Assembly: GCA_010015805.1 (NCBI GenBank)
Contig: ML978124.1
Span: 868,001 to 932,000, forward strand
DNA from: Rhizodiscina lignyota
Lineage: Eukaryota
Direction of reading: 5' to 3'
Length of the DNA: 64,000 nt
Part shown: positions 26,476-39,681 of the stretch, piece after piece
How positions within the stretch are numbered: position 1 is the first letter of the stretch
Layout of the letters: each line of letters opens with the position of its first letter
Translations under genes and position numbers: made by a program
Notes under the pieces: generated by a model
What the model saw: the letters and a program-made list of their open reading frames with translations, nothing else
Told to the model about the DNA's origin: nothing
Databases searched by the model: none

Positions 26476-26991
26476 TCACTTCCTTGGAGTATCTTGACAT
26501 GTGCTCAGCAGAGCCTGAATGTGTCGCAGCGCGACAGCTTGATCCTCTGCAGTCTTTTCACGCTCCTCCTTTGCCTCCTCTCTCGCACGTGAGAGTAACT
26601 CCTCAGCTTCTGCTTTCATCTTCAGAGCGCTCGCAACACTCTCCTTGGTTTTCTTCTCGAACGTCTCCCTTTTACTGTCCAATTCCGCCTCGGCCTTGGT
26701 CATGTACTCATCAATCTCGCGCTCGAATTCCTTTTTGCGACGTAAGAGATATTCATCGACCTGAGTACTCTTCTCATCTAGCTCGCGCTCGACATCAGCT
26801 TGACGCTTGAAGAGGTTTCTGACAACGTCCGCAGTCTGCTTAGCGAGTTTCGCTTTTCTTTCGGCGAGTTTCATGTCGTGTTTCGCGATATATGCAGTTC
26901 TCCAGGTTGCAAGCTCCTCTTCTCTGATCACGAGATCCAGCTCGCGCTCAGCTAGCTCGAGCTCGTGAGGCTTGCTTTGGTCGCTGTCCAT
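26476..26991 (-). CDS. Hypothetical coiled-coil protein
   Basis: 171 aa E/K/R-rich helical ORF with a good ATG context (accATGg). Shares ELA.RE..L.IREE.LA with the neighbouring ORF. Confidence 0.55.
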   Translation of the reverse strand: MDSDQSKPHELELAERELDLVIREEELATWRTAYIAKHDMKLAERKAKLAKQTADVVRNLFKRQADVERELDEKSTQVDEYLLRRKKEFEREIDEYMTKAEAELDSKRETFEKKTKESVASALKMKAEAEELLSRAREEAKEEREKTAEDQAVALRHIQALLSTCQDTPRK

Positions 26992-27536
26992 GGTGAAGGG
27001 AATTTCGATTTGAAGATGAGTGGTGTTGAGTGACGTGAGGACGGGAAGGTATTGGGATTCTCGAAAAACAAGAAATGAAGATCTGAAGGCTCTTTAGCTT
27101 TATGGTTCTACGTGTTAGAGTCTTACTCACAGCTCGAGAAGGAATTCAGTGTGCTCAAACGTCCATGTTGAAGAGCTCGAAGCAGTTCCAGGTGTTTTGT
27201 GTTTCGATGGTGGCTGCAGGAATACGCAGCAACATATATAGTTGCCAAGACTTCGCTACGCGCGAGCTTCTTCAATTGTAGTGAAGTTAAAGTTACGATT
27301 CAGTTATGGCCTAGGCACTCCCGTAATTTCTCCGATATAAGCTTTCTCGAGACTCTTCACCCTCTTCTTCATCCTAAAGACCTAGCAATCGCATCTCCAT
27401 TGTCGATATGAAGGCGTAATAAAAACAATGGTTCAGTGTTGCCGATGCTCCTGGAACTCCATCGCTATGCAAGCAGATTACAAGGTTGGATTATGAAATA
27501 GTGGAATCAAGACAAATACCACCCAAGGAATCAACA

Positions 27537-29377
27537 TCAGAACAGCCAGCAGCTAGATGCTGCACCGTCCGAGCCAGCATACGTAAGAAGATGCGAAGCC
27601 CCAGCCGCAGGAGTGTCTTTACGCTGCCCTCCCTTCGTAATGATACCGAATCTCAAGAAGACCTCAGTACACGTCACCAAAATACTGACAATAATGAGGA
27701 CGATGATGATCCAGGTGATGCCTAAGACTGATTAGCATGTGTCATAATTATAAAGTCACAGCATTAAACACATACGGGTCATTTTCTTGTCGGCAATTGA
27801 GTCAGATAGTATCTCCGCCAGATCCAGAAATACGCGACACCGTTCGTTCAAGACTTGGATTCGCGGTTTGATCTCGAGATACTCCCGTACGGCAGAGTAG
27901 AGCGGATGGAGTGTGGGCTCAGAGTCCCAGAAGAAATTAGGGACGTCGAGCATATTCGAAGCTATGGTCCCAATAAGCACCTGGCAGAACATGTTTTCGC
28001 GTAATAATGAATATTGGTGTAGACTTACAAAGATTGACGTCCACTCTACTCCTGAAAAGTCTGCCCAGTATCTTCACCACTTCCTCCCGTTTCATACCTA
28101 ACTTACCCTCTAGTGCAAGCCTTCTCGGTACATATTGAGCCTCGCCCATTGTGGCAGCCATACGCTCTTCGAAGAAGCTCAGTTTTGTGCTCTGCGCAAT
28201 GGCATGGCTCATTGCAAGCTTGATCATGTGGTCTCCAGACTTGAGTGTGATCATATCGTTGAAGACTCGCGGTCTTTGTATCTCGGGATTGTACTCGAAG
28301 TGGAACTCCTCCGTCTCGAAATCTTCTTCGGACTGAGGGCGCATTGCGAGTGAGGTAGACGAGAAAGTCAGATCCGCAAGGATGTCTTTCTCTTGTCGCT
28401 CGGTGAAGTTCCAGAAGACTACAACACCGTATGAGAAAACGAACATCTCTGCAAACGTGAGTGCGTCTGTAGGTATCCTTGGGGGAGACGATGAACGAAT
28501 CGAGCCTCGTTGTTGATCGTGGCTACCCTCACTTCCCTGCTCACGGGCAGGACTCCGACCTGGGCTTTCGGTGGCCCGAATACCATATTGCTCATCCTCC
28601 CCGAAATATCCCTCCTGATATTCGTGCCGCTCGTTGCGCTCGATTTCTTCGTCCAGCACAGCTTTGCCTCCAGGAGACTTGAGGACTGGGCTGCTGCGGA
28701 CACGGAAACCATCACTTCCTCCCAAGAGCGGCAAGTGATATACAGTATATAGGCAGTCGTCGTAGAGTTTCGTTCGTGCTCCATGCTGGTCCCTGACGAA
28801 CTCAGCCGTCGGCCGCATTCGAAATGCCTGTGCTGTGCAATAAGCAGTGACTCTGGCCAGCTTCTCTGTCCGTCGTGCTTTTGGAAGACGCTCCGCATAT
28901 GACTTGTCCTGCAGCAGACCCGTGCCGCGCATCTTTTGGACTTTCTCATCCGTTGGAGGCGCTTCCGCTCCATCGAATTCGAGCGTATCATCATCTACTT
29001 CTGCAGTCTCCGGCAGTAGCACGAGCTTCTCCGAGACCTTCGATGACCTTGTCGGTATATGTTGTGGTACCATACGTCCGGACAGCTTCGGGTCGAGCGG
29101 GTGTCTACCGCTGGGAGTACGAGTATGATGTACCGGACGCTGGCCGGACGGGATGCGTCCTTGAGCAGAGGGGATATCGCTGGCATATTGGAGGACATTG
29201 TCGACGCTGATAAGCTTCGTGCTGGTCCGAGGCCCTACTGGAGGTCTTTGAGGTTGCCTATACGGAGCTTCTCTCGCGTCCGTGACCTCCAGGTCAAGGT
29301 CAGCTTTTTCTTCCATTGAGTTTGGAATGGGGTACACAAACCAGAACAGTAGGCCCACGCTTCGATTTGGCAGCCAT
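27537..29377 (-). CDS. RMD8: DUF155 / RMD1-RMD8 family sporulation protein
   Basis: LARVTAYCTAQ, EMFVFSYGVVVFWNF, FETEEFHFEY, KLAMSHAIAQSTKLSFFEE, YLEIKPRIQVLNERC and a C-terminal TM segment ITWIIIVLIIVSILV. Three introns. The RMD8 versus RMD1 assignment is tentative. Confidence 0.85.
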
Positions 29378-29849
29378 TATTTACGGAAGATCGAGACCAT
29401 TGACAGGCAAGGGCATTGGGGCTTGAGTGTTGCTGTCTCTAGGGTTGATGGTACGTACTTGGGAGTTTGAAGAAGCTCCGAGGTTTGGGCGCAAGCTCCA
29501 TTGAAAACGTCATTGCGCGTTCCTCATCAGGGTCGTCACCAACTCAACAATGAACGTTTAACATCAACATTAGACCGTGTTAACCCATAACACATCTTAT
29601 TCAATATAATATATCAACTCTATGTCCAATGATATCGCCCCATCAGGCGGCGTTGGTCTGCCTCCTGAAAAGGTCGGGAAGACAAGAGTCCGACACCACT
29701 TTTCTACCCCAGCCCATTGTCTTCAGAGATTATCATTACAGATCTGAAGTGTTCAAACTATAGTCACCGTAGCGCGTATTTGTATGTCGTAGAGCATCAG
29801 TTTCCAACTTCTCTTTGGAAGCGTTACCCACTGCTCTTCATTTGCGACG

Positions 29850-30700
29850 TCAATCTCCGTTCGTCTCCTTTTCCAGCGCATCATCTCTCATCTTGTTCTC
29901 TGTATTTCCAGCTGCCTCGTGGGTATTTGCTGGACTTTGAAGCTCATAAATCGGTCTCCCATCCAATTCAGGAACAAATGGCTCTTCATCCCCGTAAATA
30001 TTTGGATCCTTATTGTCCGCGTTTCGGACTTCAATTGGCATATCGCCCGGCGGCAGATTGGCTGTTTCCTCTTCTGATCGAGTTTCTACGCTGTGCTGAC
30101 TACCTTTCACAGTCAAGGCTCTCCGCCGAAGCCTTCGTCGTCGCCTGTATAGCATCCCGATCACAACAATCACAAGCGCAACTAATGCGCCTATGGCTAC
30201 TCCAACCCCGATGCCAATCTTAGCTCCTCTGCTCAGTCCCGTCGAGACAGGCGCCGGTGTATTTGCGGCATCTGTCTCCTGGATTCCTTCCGTTGATGTG
30301 TGCGTAAACCCAGAGTGACTGCTCGAGGCCGAGCTTGAGCTGGGCCTTGAACTCAAATTCGAAGAGGCGATTGCAGGATCACGCGTCACAGACATGGCCG
30401 GAGTTGCGGTCGCACTCGCGGGGCCTGTTGGCGCTGAAGGCATTGGTACCAGAGACTCCAGTGCTGCCGATATTATCGATGTTGTCGAAGCACCAACCGA
30501 TGCGACAATCGTATCATCTGGTGTTGTGACCTGACGATAGTCAGCTCAGTGTTCTACGATTCGCTTAATCCTATTTGACGAACAGTCTGTATTCCACTTG
30601 ACAAACCGGAAGACATGCGACTTAGCTCTTCCTGTTCGTTCTCTCCACTGCCATCGTCATCACTGCCGCGGCCGCTACCACCTCCGTGGCTAGGTGCCAT
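29850..30700 (-). CDS. Ser/Thr-rich single-pass membrane protein (Mid2/mucin-like)
   Basis: S/T-rich segment; GLSRGAKIGIGVGVAIGALVALVIVVIGMLY TM followed by RRRRR; PELDG/YELQ cytoplasmic motifs. An upstream exon is inferred via a GTTCGT...CAG intron. Start uncertain. Confidence 0.65.
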
Positions 30701-31461
30701 GGTGCATGGGTACTTCGAGTAGAATTAGATGCAACTCGGATCATATCTGGTCACAATGCAGAATAGACCTCAGAAATATCAATTCGACAAATTCTACGTT
30801 CTAAAATGTGAAACATGCGAGGAAAGCGGAGACCCTACCGACTTCTTACGCGTACGCAGTACTTGGGGATGAAGTTCATGGCCGTTCATTGGCTCTCACC
30901 CTGTCGCCAAGTTAAGAACTCAAATGCAGGCAAAACAGATCTCTTTGAGTTTGAGGCTTAGTTCAATATGGTACACGTGTTTAACGGAGTAGAAATCCCC
31001 TACCATGATTTTTGCTCGTTGCGATAACTGGTCGTTGTGCTCCCTGATTCATCGTTCCGAGCCCACTATTGAGATCCAATTCGATCGCCATGCTGCGGAG
31101 TTTCGGTTTTGGGTTGATGGTGTGAAATAGAGTTAGGATCTTCCATGCATGGGAGCGAGATAGTGATTATCAGCTTTGTTCTTGAGAATCTTTGTGGTAG
31201 ACTGATCTATTCTCGACGTTAGAGATACGAGCTTTCCTGTCAGCGTAAGTTTTTGCATGACGATACTGGGAGTAAACAGTGTATTATATATATCAACAAC
31301 TTTCTTTCTTCTTTATAGAAAACAATAGAATATCCCCATTCCAAAGGCGAGCGTAAAAATTCGATGGCGGTGGGGATGCCGTCGAGAATGACTGCACATA
31401 ACCAGTAGCGATAACGTTGATGGTTGGGAAAATAGAAAATCCCCGACTTCGGGCACTTCAT

Positions 31462-32325
31462 TCAACCATGTCTTTGATGTTGGTATACTCCTTGCAAAAC
31501 GCCGGATGCAGCCCATGTTGAAATGCCCCTGCCAGATGCGCCATATGGCCTTAAATGCATCGTGCCCGCAGCAGTAAGCGCATTCAAGGACTCATTTCTG
31601 AGCCACGCAAGGTCACGGCGCTTGTCAATATCGCCCAGAGCGCATTCCAGGATTGTGTTGCGAAGAGCAGTACTGTAGCGTTCCGTATCCTTAGTATGCT
31701 CGGGATTCCGCCCAGGCGGTTCCTCGTGATAATCCCCGTCTCCATTGTCCTCATCGTCCTCAACGCATGCCAGGAATTCAATCATCACCACCGTGTCGTC
31801 AGAGTCGGACCAGTAAACCTTCTGAACTGCCTGCTTTCGATCCCAGTGTTCACTGCTATTCGGAATTCCATCGTTGCAATAGGGGCTGCAGCTGCAAGCT
31901 CTAAATTATGCTCCCCGGCTGTAAGTGGAACTTTTGCGGATTCTCCGGATTAACAGGAAGTGGACGTCGCTGTGCTCTGTATTCTCGGGCCTGTTTAACC
32001 TCCGCAGAAAGACCATTGCAAGTTCGCTTCAAATTCAGCTTTCCGATCTCGTTTCTGACGGGTTTTGCGTCCTGGTCCCGACCGGGAAACCTGAGAATAT
32101 ATTTTCGTCTCCTGAACGCATGGTAGTACTGCTCTCCAGATACCATTTTTGAAAGTGCTGTTGAAATCCAATCGTGTTCGAATATGGGTGTTCTGTCATG
32201 AGTTGCAGAATGGCATCATGATGAGGGAGACATTTAGTAGGTAGTGCGCTGAAGCGCTCTTTGTATGGAAAGCATACGAGAATTGTGTAACACGGAAAAC
32301 GGCCCAGAAGGTGAACAATAAACAA
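31462..32325 (-). pseudogene. Degenerate ORF fragments, possibly a protein-kinase relic
   Basis: Fragments in different frames loosely resemble kinase subdomains in order: H../DENIFSGFP, KL..NGLS, NPQKF...PGS, YSTALRNTILECALGDIDKRR. Multiple stops and frameshifts. Confidence 0.3.
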
Positions 32326-33782
32326 TAATTATGATTTCCCTCAATATCGGGGGCGCGTCAGACAATAAAGAAAAGACCATTAAAACTCGGTGCCTTATTT
32401 CGTAGCATGCCTGTTTCAACTTCAAAGCCAACCTTCAGTCTGGATCTTGAGTACACTGAGTAGCCATCGCGGGAACGCTGTGTTGGCAAGAATCAAGTTC
32501 CTCGAGTCATGGCAAAGGAAGTGCTTCAATTTGGTTAAGAATAATGATCCAAATGCATCATGAGATAAGATGTATCTGAGAAGTTGAAACTAGATTGATG
32601 ATGAATTCGCCGAAGACGGGACGATTGAGACGATTCGCGCAGACTTATCTTGACGTGGCACGTCCCCATTGACTCAGACTCAGACATGAAGCGGCTGCTC
32701 CGGGACGAAGTGACAAAGCGTGCTTGAAAGCCATCTCCACCTCCCGCCCTCGTGAGAAGCTGTCACAAACAGAAGAAAATCTAGAGTAGAAAGGAATTCA
32801 CTAGGTAAGTTCTGCTTCGCCTAGTTTCTGCAAAAGAATTTGCCCGTCATGCGCACAGAATGACGAAATCAAATTTTGATGAGTGGAAGCTTTTCGCTTT
32901 CGATCGCGGATCTGATTCAGCAAGCAGACGTGCTTGCGCGGGAAGAGGAGCAGCTTATGTAGTCGACAATTTCCCCTGAGCCGCTTCGTACGAACGCCGC
33001 TTGCGTATGTGGGAACGGTGAAGATTGGAAGTCCGAGGAGTTGATGCATTTGAAGAAGAGTGGGACAAGGATCTGATGTCAGGGGAAGCTCATGGATTGC
33101 CATTTACGTAACCTTGTACCCCCAGAGGATCCACAACTGCTCGTGTAACACAGGTTCTCTCGCTTCTGGAGCTCAATGCGCGGTCGAAATGCATTGGGAA
33201 ATCTCTTTACTACCGAACCATCCGCGCTATTTTCTAATACGCCGTGAGTGATTTGTATGACGTTGGTGGGCAAGTGTGCGGCATTGCGGCCGCAAAGGTA
33301 GGCTGGAATGGGCGAAGCCGATTATCACCAATCACTCTTCGGCGCTGTTTGGCTGCCTGAAAATATACTTCGTAAATCGACTGAAAGTTACAGCGAGGTC
33401 TGCCCTAGCGTAGCTAAAGGGGCGGTTAGTTAGAATTCAATCTATAGAATTACACAGGACTCCTCGCAGTGGTAATTCCAAGAGTCAGTAGCCTTTTAGG
33501 GTAAGGTAGCTGGCTAAGTGGGGTAGGCTCGGGACTATTATAAAATTTCATTATTTGACTAGTACGTTAGTATATAGAACAAGCTCTTAGTGTAAAGGAC
33601 TCAGCTCCCAACACTACTGACAAAGCCTTACCATGGCTTGAAACGAGAAATGCCTGCCTGCCAAACTGGCCCCTCAATAGACGACATCGTCACTGACCGC
33701 AAGACTCGTATTTATTTCCTATACATTGTACTGTTCCCGGCCTCCATTCCACAGCGGATCTTCACCTCCCACCCCTCCAGAC

Positions 33783-34656
33783 ATGCCAATTCCTCGAAAT
33801 ATCCTCCCATTTGCTCATCCGGTGAAACGTCCGGTGGAGGCTGTGTCTACAGGAGTCGTAGAATTCAAACATCGAATTGGTCCATGGCCCGAGCTCGTCA
33901 CCAAACTCCCCACGTCGTTGACACGTTGGATCGGCTATCGAAAAGATGAAGCCGAACCAGAACCACAATATGTCCAGTATCTCTGGCCTTTTGTCGGAAC
34001 ATTCTGTGGTCTTGCTGTCCTGCAGGCAATATTTGGCCATGCACAATACTTTATCCGTCGAGGTGTCCCCCCGATAATCCCTTCTTACGTGAGTAGATCT
34101 CGCCTCATCAACCGCAATTAATTCAGCTGATCGACCTGCATAGGGTGCATCTGCAGTACTTTGCTACGGCGCCATTTCAGTGCCACTCGCCCAGCCTCGA
34201 GCGCTGGTGGGAGGTCACTTCATCGCCGCTCTAGTGGGCGTAATATTGGCGAAGATCTTCGAATCCCACAATCATCCCGAAACTCTTTGGGTAGCAGGCT
34301 CACTTGCTACTGCCATTGCCATTACGGTTATGCAGTTTACGAAGACGACACATCCTCCAGCCGGCGCGACAGCGTTGCTCGCCGTCATCGACGATCAGAT
34401 CAGAGCTCTCTCGTGGTATTATCTTCCGGTGATCCTGCTCTCGTCGACGATTATGGTTGTGACGGCAATGCTCTTCAATAACATTCAGAGAAGATATCCC
34501 ACTTTTTGGTACAAGCCAACGCTTGCAGTCGCGGCATCGGACGCAGCAGCGGGTGGAGCTCCGGTGGAAGAGGCTATCGATGAAGAGAAACCAACGAATC
34601 AACAGGCGATCGATCAGAGAAGTGATTGCACTGTCACAGGGGATGGAGCTGTCTAA
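33783..34656 (+). CDS. HPP family membrane protein
   Basis: PIIPSY|GASAVLCYGA, PLAQPRALVGGH, TKTTHPPAGATAL, NNIQRRYPTFW. One intron (about 34089-34143). Confidence 0.9.
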
Positions 34657-35422
34657 GAGTTTATCGGCGCCATTTATTACCTGTCGTATGCTCGTCGAAC
34701 GGAGTTTCTGGATTTGCTCCGTTACTTCCACTGTCGTGTCTCAACACCATGAGCAGTAGTTCGGGAACTTTGGCTTGCCATCGGCAATAACCGCTCGGTG
34801 GTATTAGCTCGACTCACCACCGAGGAGACGTAGCCACGATTGGAGCGGTCACCTGTGGCAAATGCACTTGCAGTTGCCGTCAGGATTGAGGATCAGTATT
34901 TGAGAAATACAGCTCCATGAAGAGGCAGGAGCACTGCATAGAAAGATATGTGAGTCGCGTTACTGATAGACGTTGTGCAAAGAGCAATATCGTGCGATAA
35001 TAGATGAGAAGCTCTACTAGATATAGAAGTTCGAGATAGAAGCGATCGGTGCGGCGGCTCGCGTATTGTCAACTGCCGCTGCCCTTTGCTATGTTGTGTT
35101 CATATTAGGAAATCAAGGATACATTTCAAATGGACAAAAATACTCGAAAGTCTCTACAAAAAGGTACATGAAAGGTAATAAAGACCAGGTGAAGTCAAGA
35201 TAGGTATTTTGAGAGATAAGAAGTACAGCCGCGCGGTTAAATCCTATGCCTGTTTGTCTTTTTTGGGGTAACCTTGGCGTACTCTACAGGGCATGCATCG
35301 TTGATCAATGATGGCATATGTGCATTACATAAGCAATATCTCATATGGAGTCACGTGAATGAATAGTGACATGAAATTTTTCACGGCTTTTGTCTTTCAA
35401 CGTGTCAATGCAAATCTGCATC

Positions 35423-37147
35423 ATGGCTGATATCGACAATCTTGTCGAAAACTTGCGTCGCGAAATAAGCATCTGCGAAGATCAACTGAAATCGCTAAAA
35501 GCACAGCTTGCGGCTACTGAATCCAGGAAGCCTCCGACAAAGAACGGCGAGTTACCACACAGTCCTGAAAGCGCACCAGAAAGTGCCGATTCAAAGGTCT
35601 CACAGTGGCCGCTTTTGAGCGAAGAATATGAGCGGTATGGACGGCAGCTCATTATGCCAGAAGTAGGTCTCAAAGGTAGGAATATGCATGTTCCTGGGGC
35701 AGTCTTTAAGAACGAGAAATCAGCTTTCCTGTGACATTTTGTTGTCCAATAAATCCTGCATATGAAACATCTTTTAATGACTTTGCTGATATTTTTAATT
35801 TAAGGGCAATTGCACTTGAAAGGCTCATCGATTCTAATCATCGGAATTGGAGGCCTTGGATGTCCTGCAGTTGCATATCTCGCAGGCGCAGGCGTTGGAA
35901 CTATTGGGCTGTGCGACGGAGATTATGTCGAAAGGTCCAATCTACACCGACAAATATTGCACAATACATACAAAATCGGAATATCAAAGGTCGACAGCGC
36001 TATTGATTATCTGAAGGCGTATGGCATCCTGATCGTCCCATTGTTCACTCATTAACTCGCAGACAGCCTGAATCCTAACGTCACTTGTATCCCGCATAAA
36101 TCACATCTGCTCGCTCCTGACGCACTTGACCTCTTTGCACCGTACGATGTTATCCTAGATTGTACGGATACTCCTGCTTCGCGGTATCTTATCTCAGATA
36201 CTTGCGTTCTCCTCGGGAAGCCTCTCGTCTCTGCATCAGCGCTGCAAACTAATGGCCAGCTCAACGTTTTCAATTTTCCAGCGCGCCCAGTAGGCGACTT
36301 GACCGGTGGCCCATGCTACAGGTGTATGTTTCCAAAGCCACCACCACCGGAGAGTGTGTTGACTTGCGGCGAGGGTGGTATTCTAGGACCTGTTGTCGGA
36401 GTCATGGGCGTTTTGCAAGCCTTGGAAGCGATCAAGCTCATTGCAAGTGGTAACATACATTGCCGCTTGACAGATCAAGGCTATTCCGATGGCGAACGAG
36501 TTTCGGACGACAGCCAGGCTCCGCAAGGGCTCATCTTCTCCGCATACAGCTCAACTCCATTTCGTTCATTCAAAATGCGTAGACGGCGAGGAAATTGTGC
36601 AGCATGTTCCTCTCATGCCATTATAACACGTGAATCTCTCCGCTCTGGATCCATGGACTACGCCCAATTTTGTGGAGCCATCAGTCCAATCAGCGCTCTC
36701 TCGACAGATGAGAGAGTATCTGCTGAGGAATATGCCGCAATTGAGAGATCCAAAGGCGTTAATCTCAGCAGAAACAAGTCATCTGGATATGGCCACATCC
36801 TGATCGACACGCGAGACAAAGTCCAATTCGAGCTCTGTAGCCTTAAAGACAGTATTAACGTTCCATATGCGGAAATATCAGCCTCCGATGCGTCACCGCA
36901 TGGAGTCGAAGAACTCGAAGAGCAAGAAGAGCACGAAAAAGAAGCAGATTGGCTGCAAATGATACGGAAAATGCCGTCAGATGCTCCGATATACGTTGTT
37001 TGCAGACTCGGCAATGATTCTCAGCTTGCAGTTCGGAAACTCAAAGAGCTTGGGCTGGATGAAAGTGGCACGCGACAGATACGGGATATCAAAGGCGGCT
37101 TGAAGGCATGGCGAGACAAAGTCGATCACAATTTCCCGAATTACTGA
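35423..37147 (+). CDS. UBA4: Adenylyltransferase/sulfurtransferase Uba4 (MOCS3/CnxF; ThiF + rhodanese)
   Basis: [82 protein letters not shown]; rhodanese VCRLGNDSQ. Two introns. Confidence 0.95.
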
Positions 37148-38120
37148 TCTTCTCATTCGTACTGACATCGAGACAACATGATAACAAGTAAACACAATTA
37201 AGCAAGAAGTAGCAGTCTGTACTCCTTAAACCAAAGTACAAGCCTACTTAAAATTGCATTAGATCTTCTTCCTTTGATACGCGAGCCGTGTGAGAAATTA
37301 GCTCATTACTGCCTGCCAGCGTAAGCCTTGAACATTTTGGCAACTCTCTCGTTGTCAATACTACCGTCTCGGGCAACAGCCTCTCAAGCCGCCCTAGAAA
37401 AGTTGGAATATTCGATCTAGAATGCGAGTGGAGTCAAGTGCACTGCAAATTTAGCCTCAGAGGAGGAGCTTTGGGATCGGGCCGATTGAAGGTCTCAAAA
37501 TTAATAAATCACTAACTATTCGGTCAATACACTGCATCTTTAGTCTCCCTGTAGATGTATTCGACAATCATATTTCACTCCCAGAATGACAATAAGTAAG
37601 CTCTGCAATCACAACGGTTGGTAAAAGTGCTGTAGCCTCGCGGTTCAGCTTCTCACGGAGTACGTAAGCCGGCGTTCCACCTCTCCCCGTTCAAATCAGA
37701 AGTGCAGATAACCTGAAGCATTCTCCAGCACAGCAAAGTCCTTTTTCGTCCACTGCTTCGATCATGTTTCGGGATTAAGCTCTACGATTCCACCTCTTAG
37801 TCAGATGATCAGATATGTAATGTTAGGGCTGAATCCCGGCGTCCGTCGTTTAGCGGAGAGGAGAGCGAGCCAACGATTTGCCGAAGTGGCTGGCAGGCTG
37901 AATCCACGCGGCATAGCGCAGAATATAAACCTGCGAAGGAATGGCAGCAAACTTCTGGCCCTTCGTTGGGATGGAGGTTCCTTTTAATATTAACATAAAT
38001 CTCCATTCGTGGCATCTTGTGTCGAAACTCTCGTTGTCGCTCCATTCTCGTTGCAGTTGATACGTTGAGAAATAGCTGCGATAACGCTTCGTATTTGCCG
38101 TACGCATTTGCTTCAAAAAT

Positions 38121-39476
38121 ATGGCATCAATCTCTGAATCTTCAGCGGAGCGTATCCGGGCCATCACAGATCGCTACACCACAGCAGAAGAGCGCCAGAG
38201 GGTTCCCGGAATCAACATTCGTGTAATAAACAAGGATGGGGCGACGATTCTCTCGCACACTTCTGGCCAGATAACGAGGATTGAGAACCCATCGGAAACC
38301 CGACCCTTGAATCCCGACGATGCTGTCCGTTTCTACTCGGTCGGGAAGCTCTTCGCAGCAGTCGCCGCTTTGCAACTTGCGGAACGGGGCCTTCTTGATC
38401 TGGATGACCCAAAGGTCGTCGAAAAGTATCTCCCCCAGTTCTCGCCCGAGCGGATGAAAGTCTTGAAACGACTCGAGCCTGGCGAGCCCGGCAAAAGACA
38501 GCCCGTTTGGGAAGAACGTATGAGTCCGATCACCGTCAGGATGCTCCTCACACACACGGCCGGAGTATCGCACACAATCTTCGATGCCGAACACCGAGAG
38601 ATGTTGAACGGAGGTTCGGCCTCTAATCTGTCCCCGAAGACTCCATGGGAAATCTACCGCGCCGGGCAAGACAAGCACTTCTACATAGACCAGCCAGGTG
38701 TACGATTCCACTATAGCGGAGGTATGGAGCCTATCGCCATACTGGTCGAAAAGATAACCGGAATGTCACTTCGTAATTACTATGATGCAAACATCGTCAA
38801 ACCAGCGGGGTTCAAGCATACGAGAGCATACAACGTAGAAGAAAGCATCCCGGAGCCGTCCAAGTTGCACACACCTTCCATGCGCTCCCCCGACGGGAGC
38901 TTCAAGCCGCAGCTCATGACAGCAGGGAGTACGTTCTACGGTCTACGCGCAAACGACGATTTCAAGGCATTTCCAGAAAGTGACAAGCATGGCTACAGCG
39001 TCAGCACGACGATAGTAGGTACAGCAGGCGATCTGTCCCTGCTTCTCGCCGCTCTATTGAACGACGGCGTCAGCCCCGTCACCGGAGAGCGCGTCTTGTC
39101 GCCAGAGTCCATCAAAATGATGGCCACTCCTCAGCTTTCGCCATCACAGATCGAAAAGCATCGCAGAGTCGGTGATCCAGGACCTGTAAATCACAGTGCT
39201 GATCTGGGCGCTCGTGACCCGAAAGGTAGCATTGGCATATCATGCGCTGTCCAAGGTGAGGACAGGATGATTCGGACTGGGCGAGGCCGAAAGGCAGGCT
39301 CATTTTATTGGTATGGCCTTGCTAATATGGACTGGTGGGTTGATCCGAAGGCGGGAATAGCAGTGGTGGCGACAAGTCATTTCTTCCCTTGGCAAGACCC
39401 GGCTTGGGTCGATTATGTGGGGGAAGTTGAGGAAGCGATATATGACGGCCTGGAGCCAAGTAAAGCGCATCTGTAA
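38121..39476 (+). CDS. Beta-lactamase / family VIII esterase (LovD-like serine hydrolase)
   Basis: Intronless 451 aa ORF. SxxK (YSVGK), ITVRMLLTHTAG, PGVRFHYSGG, GSFYWYGLANMDWWVDP. Confidence 0.88.
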   Translation: MASISESSAERIRAITDRYTTAEERQRVPGINIRVINKDGATILSHTSGQITRIENPSETRPLNPDDAVRFYSVGKLFAAVAALQLAERGLLDLDDPKVVEKYLPQFSPERMKVLKRLEPGEPGKRQPVWEERMSPITVRMLLTHTAGVSHTIFDAEHREMLNGGSASNLSPKTPWEIYRAGQDKHFYIDQPGVRFHYSGGMEPIAILVEKITGMSLRNYYDANIVKPAGFKHTRAYNVEESIPEPSKLHTPSMRSPDGSFKPQLMTAGSTFYGLRANDDFKAFPESDKHGYSVSTTIVGTAGDLSLLLAALLNDGVSPVTGERVLSPESIKMMATPQLSPSQIEKHRRVGDPGPVNHSADLGARDPKGSIGISCAVQGEDRMIRTGRGRKAGSFYWYGLANMDWWVDPKAGIAVVATSHFFPWQDPAWVDYVGEVEEAIYDGLEPSKAHL

Positions 39477-39681
39477 AGGAGCGGATAGATTGCCTTTGGA
39501 CAAGCTCTTAAAACTTGGACTTCACCACGGTTGGGCAGTGGAAAATGATCAAAGCAGATCTGAATTGATATATAATCTTGGCTGCATCATTACCATCATG
39601 TCGCTGAATCATGAATTGCAAATCGCAAGATCTGGGTATTCTCAAGGAAATTCGTTAGAAGGCAATCAGGGGAATCATTGA

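Noticed and set aside
33400..33620. TA-rich stretch suggesting a RIP-mutated transposon
   Set aside because: Short, with no termini or coding remnant; consistent with the HPP gene promoter.
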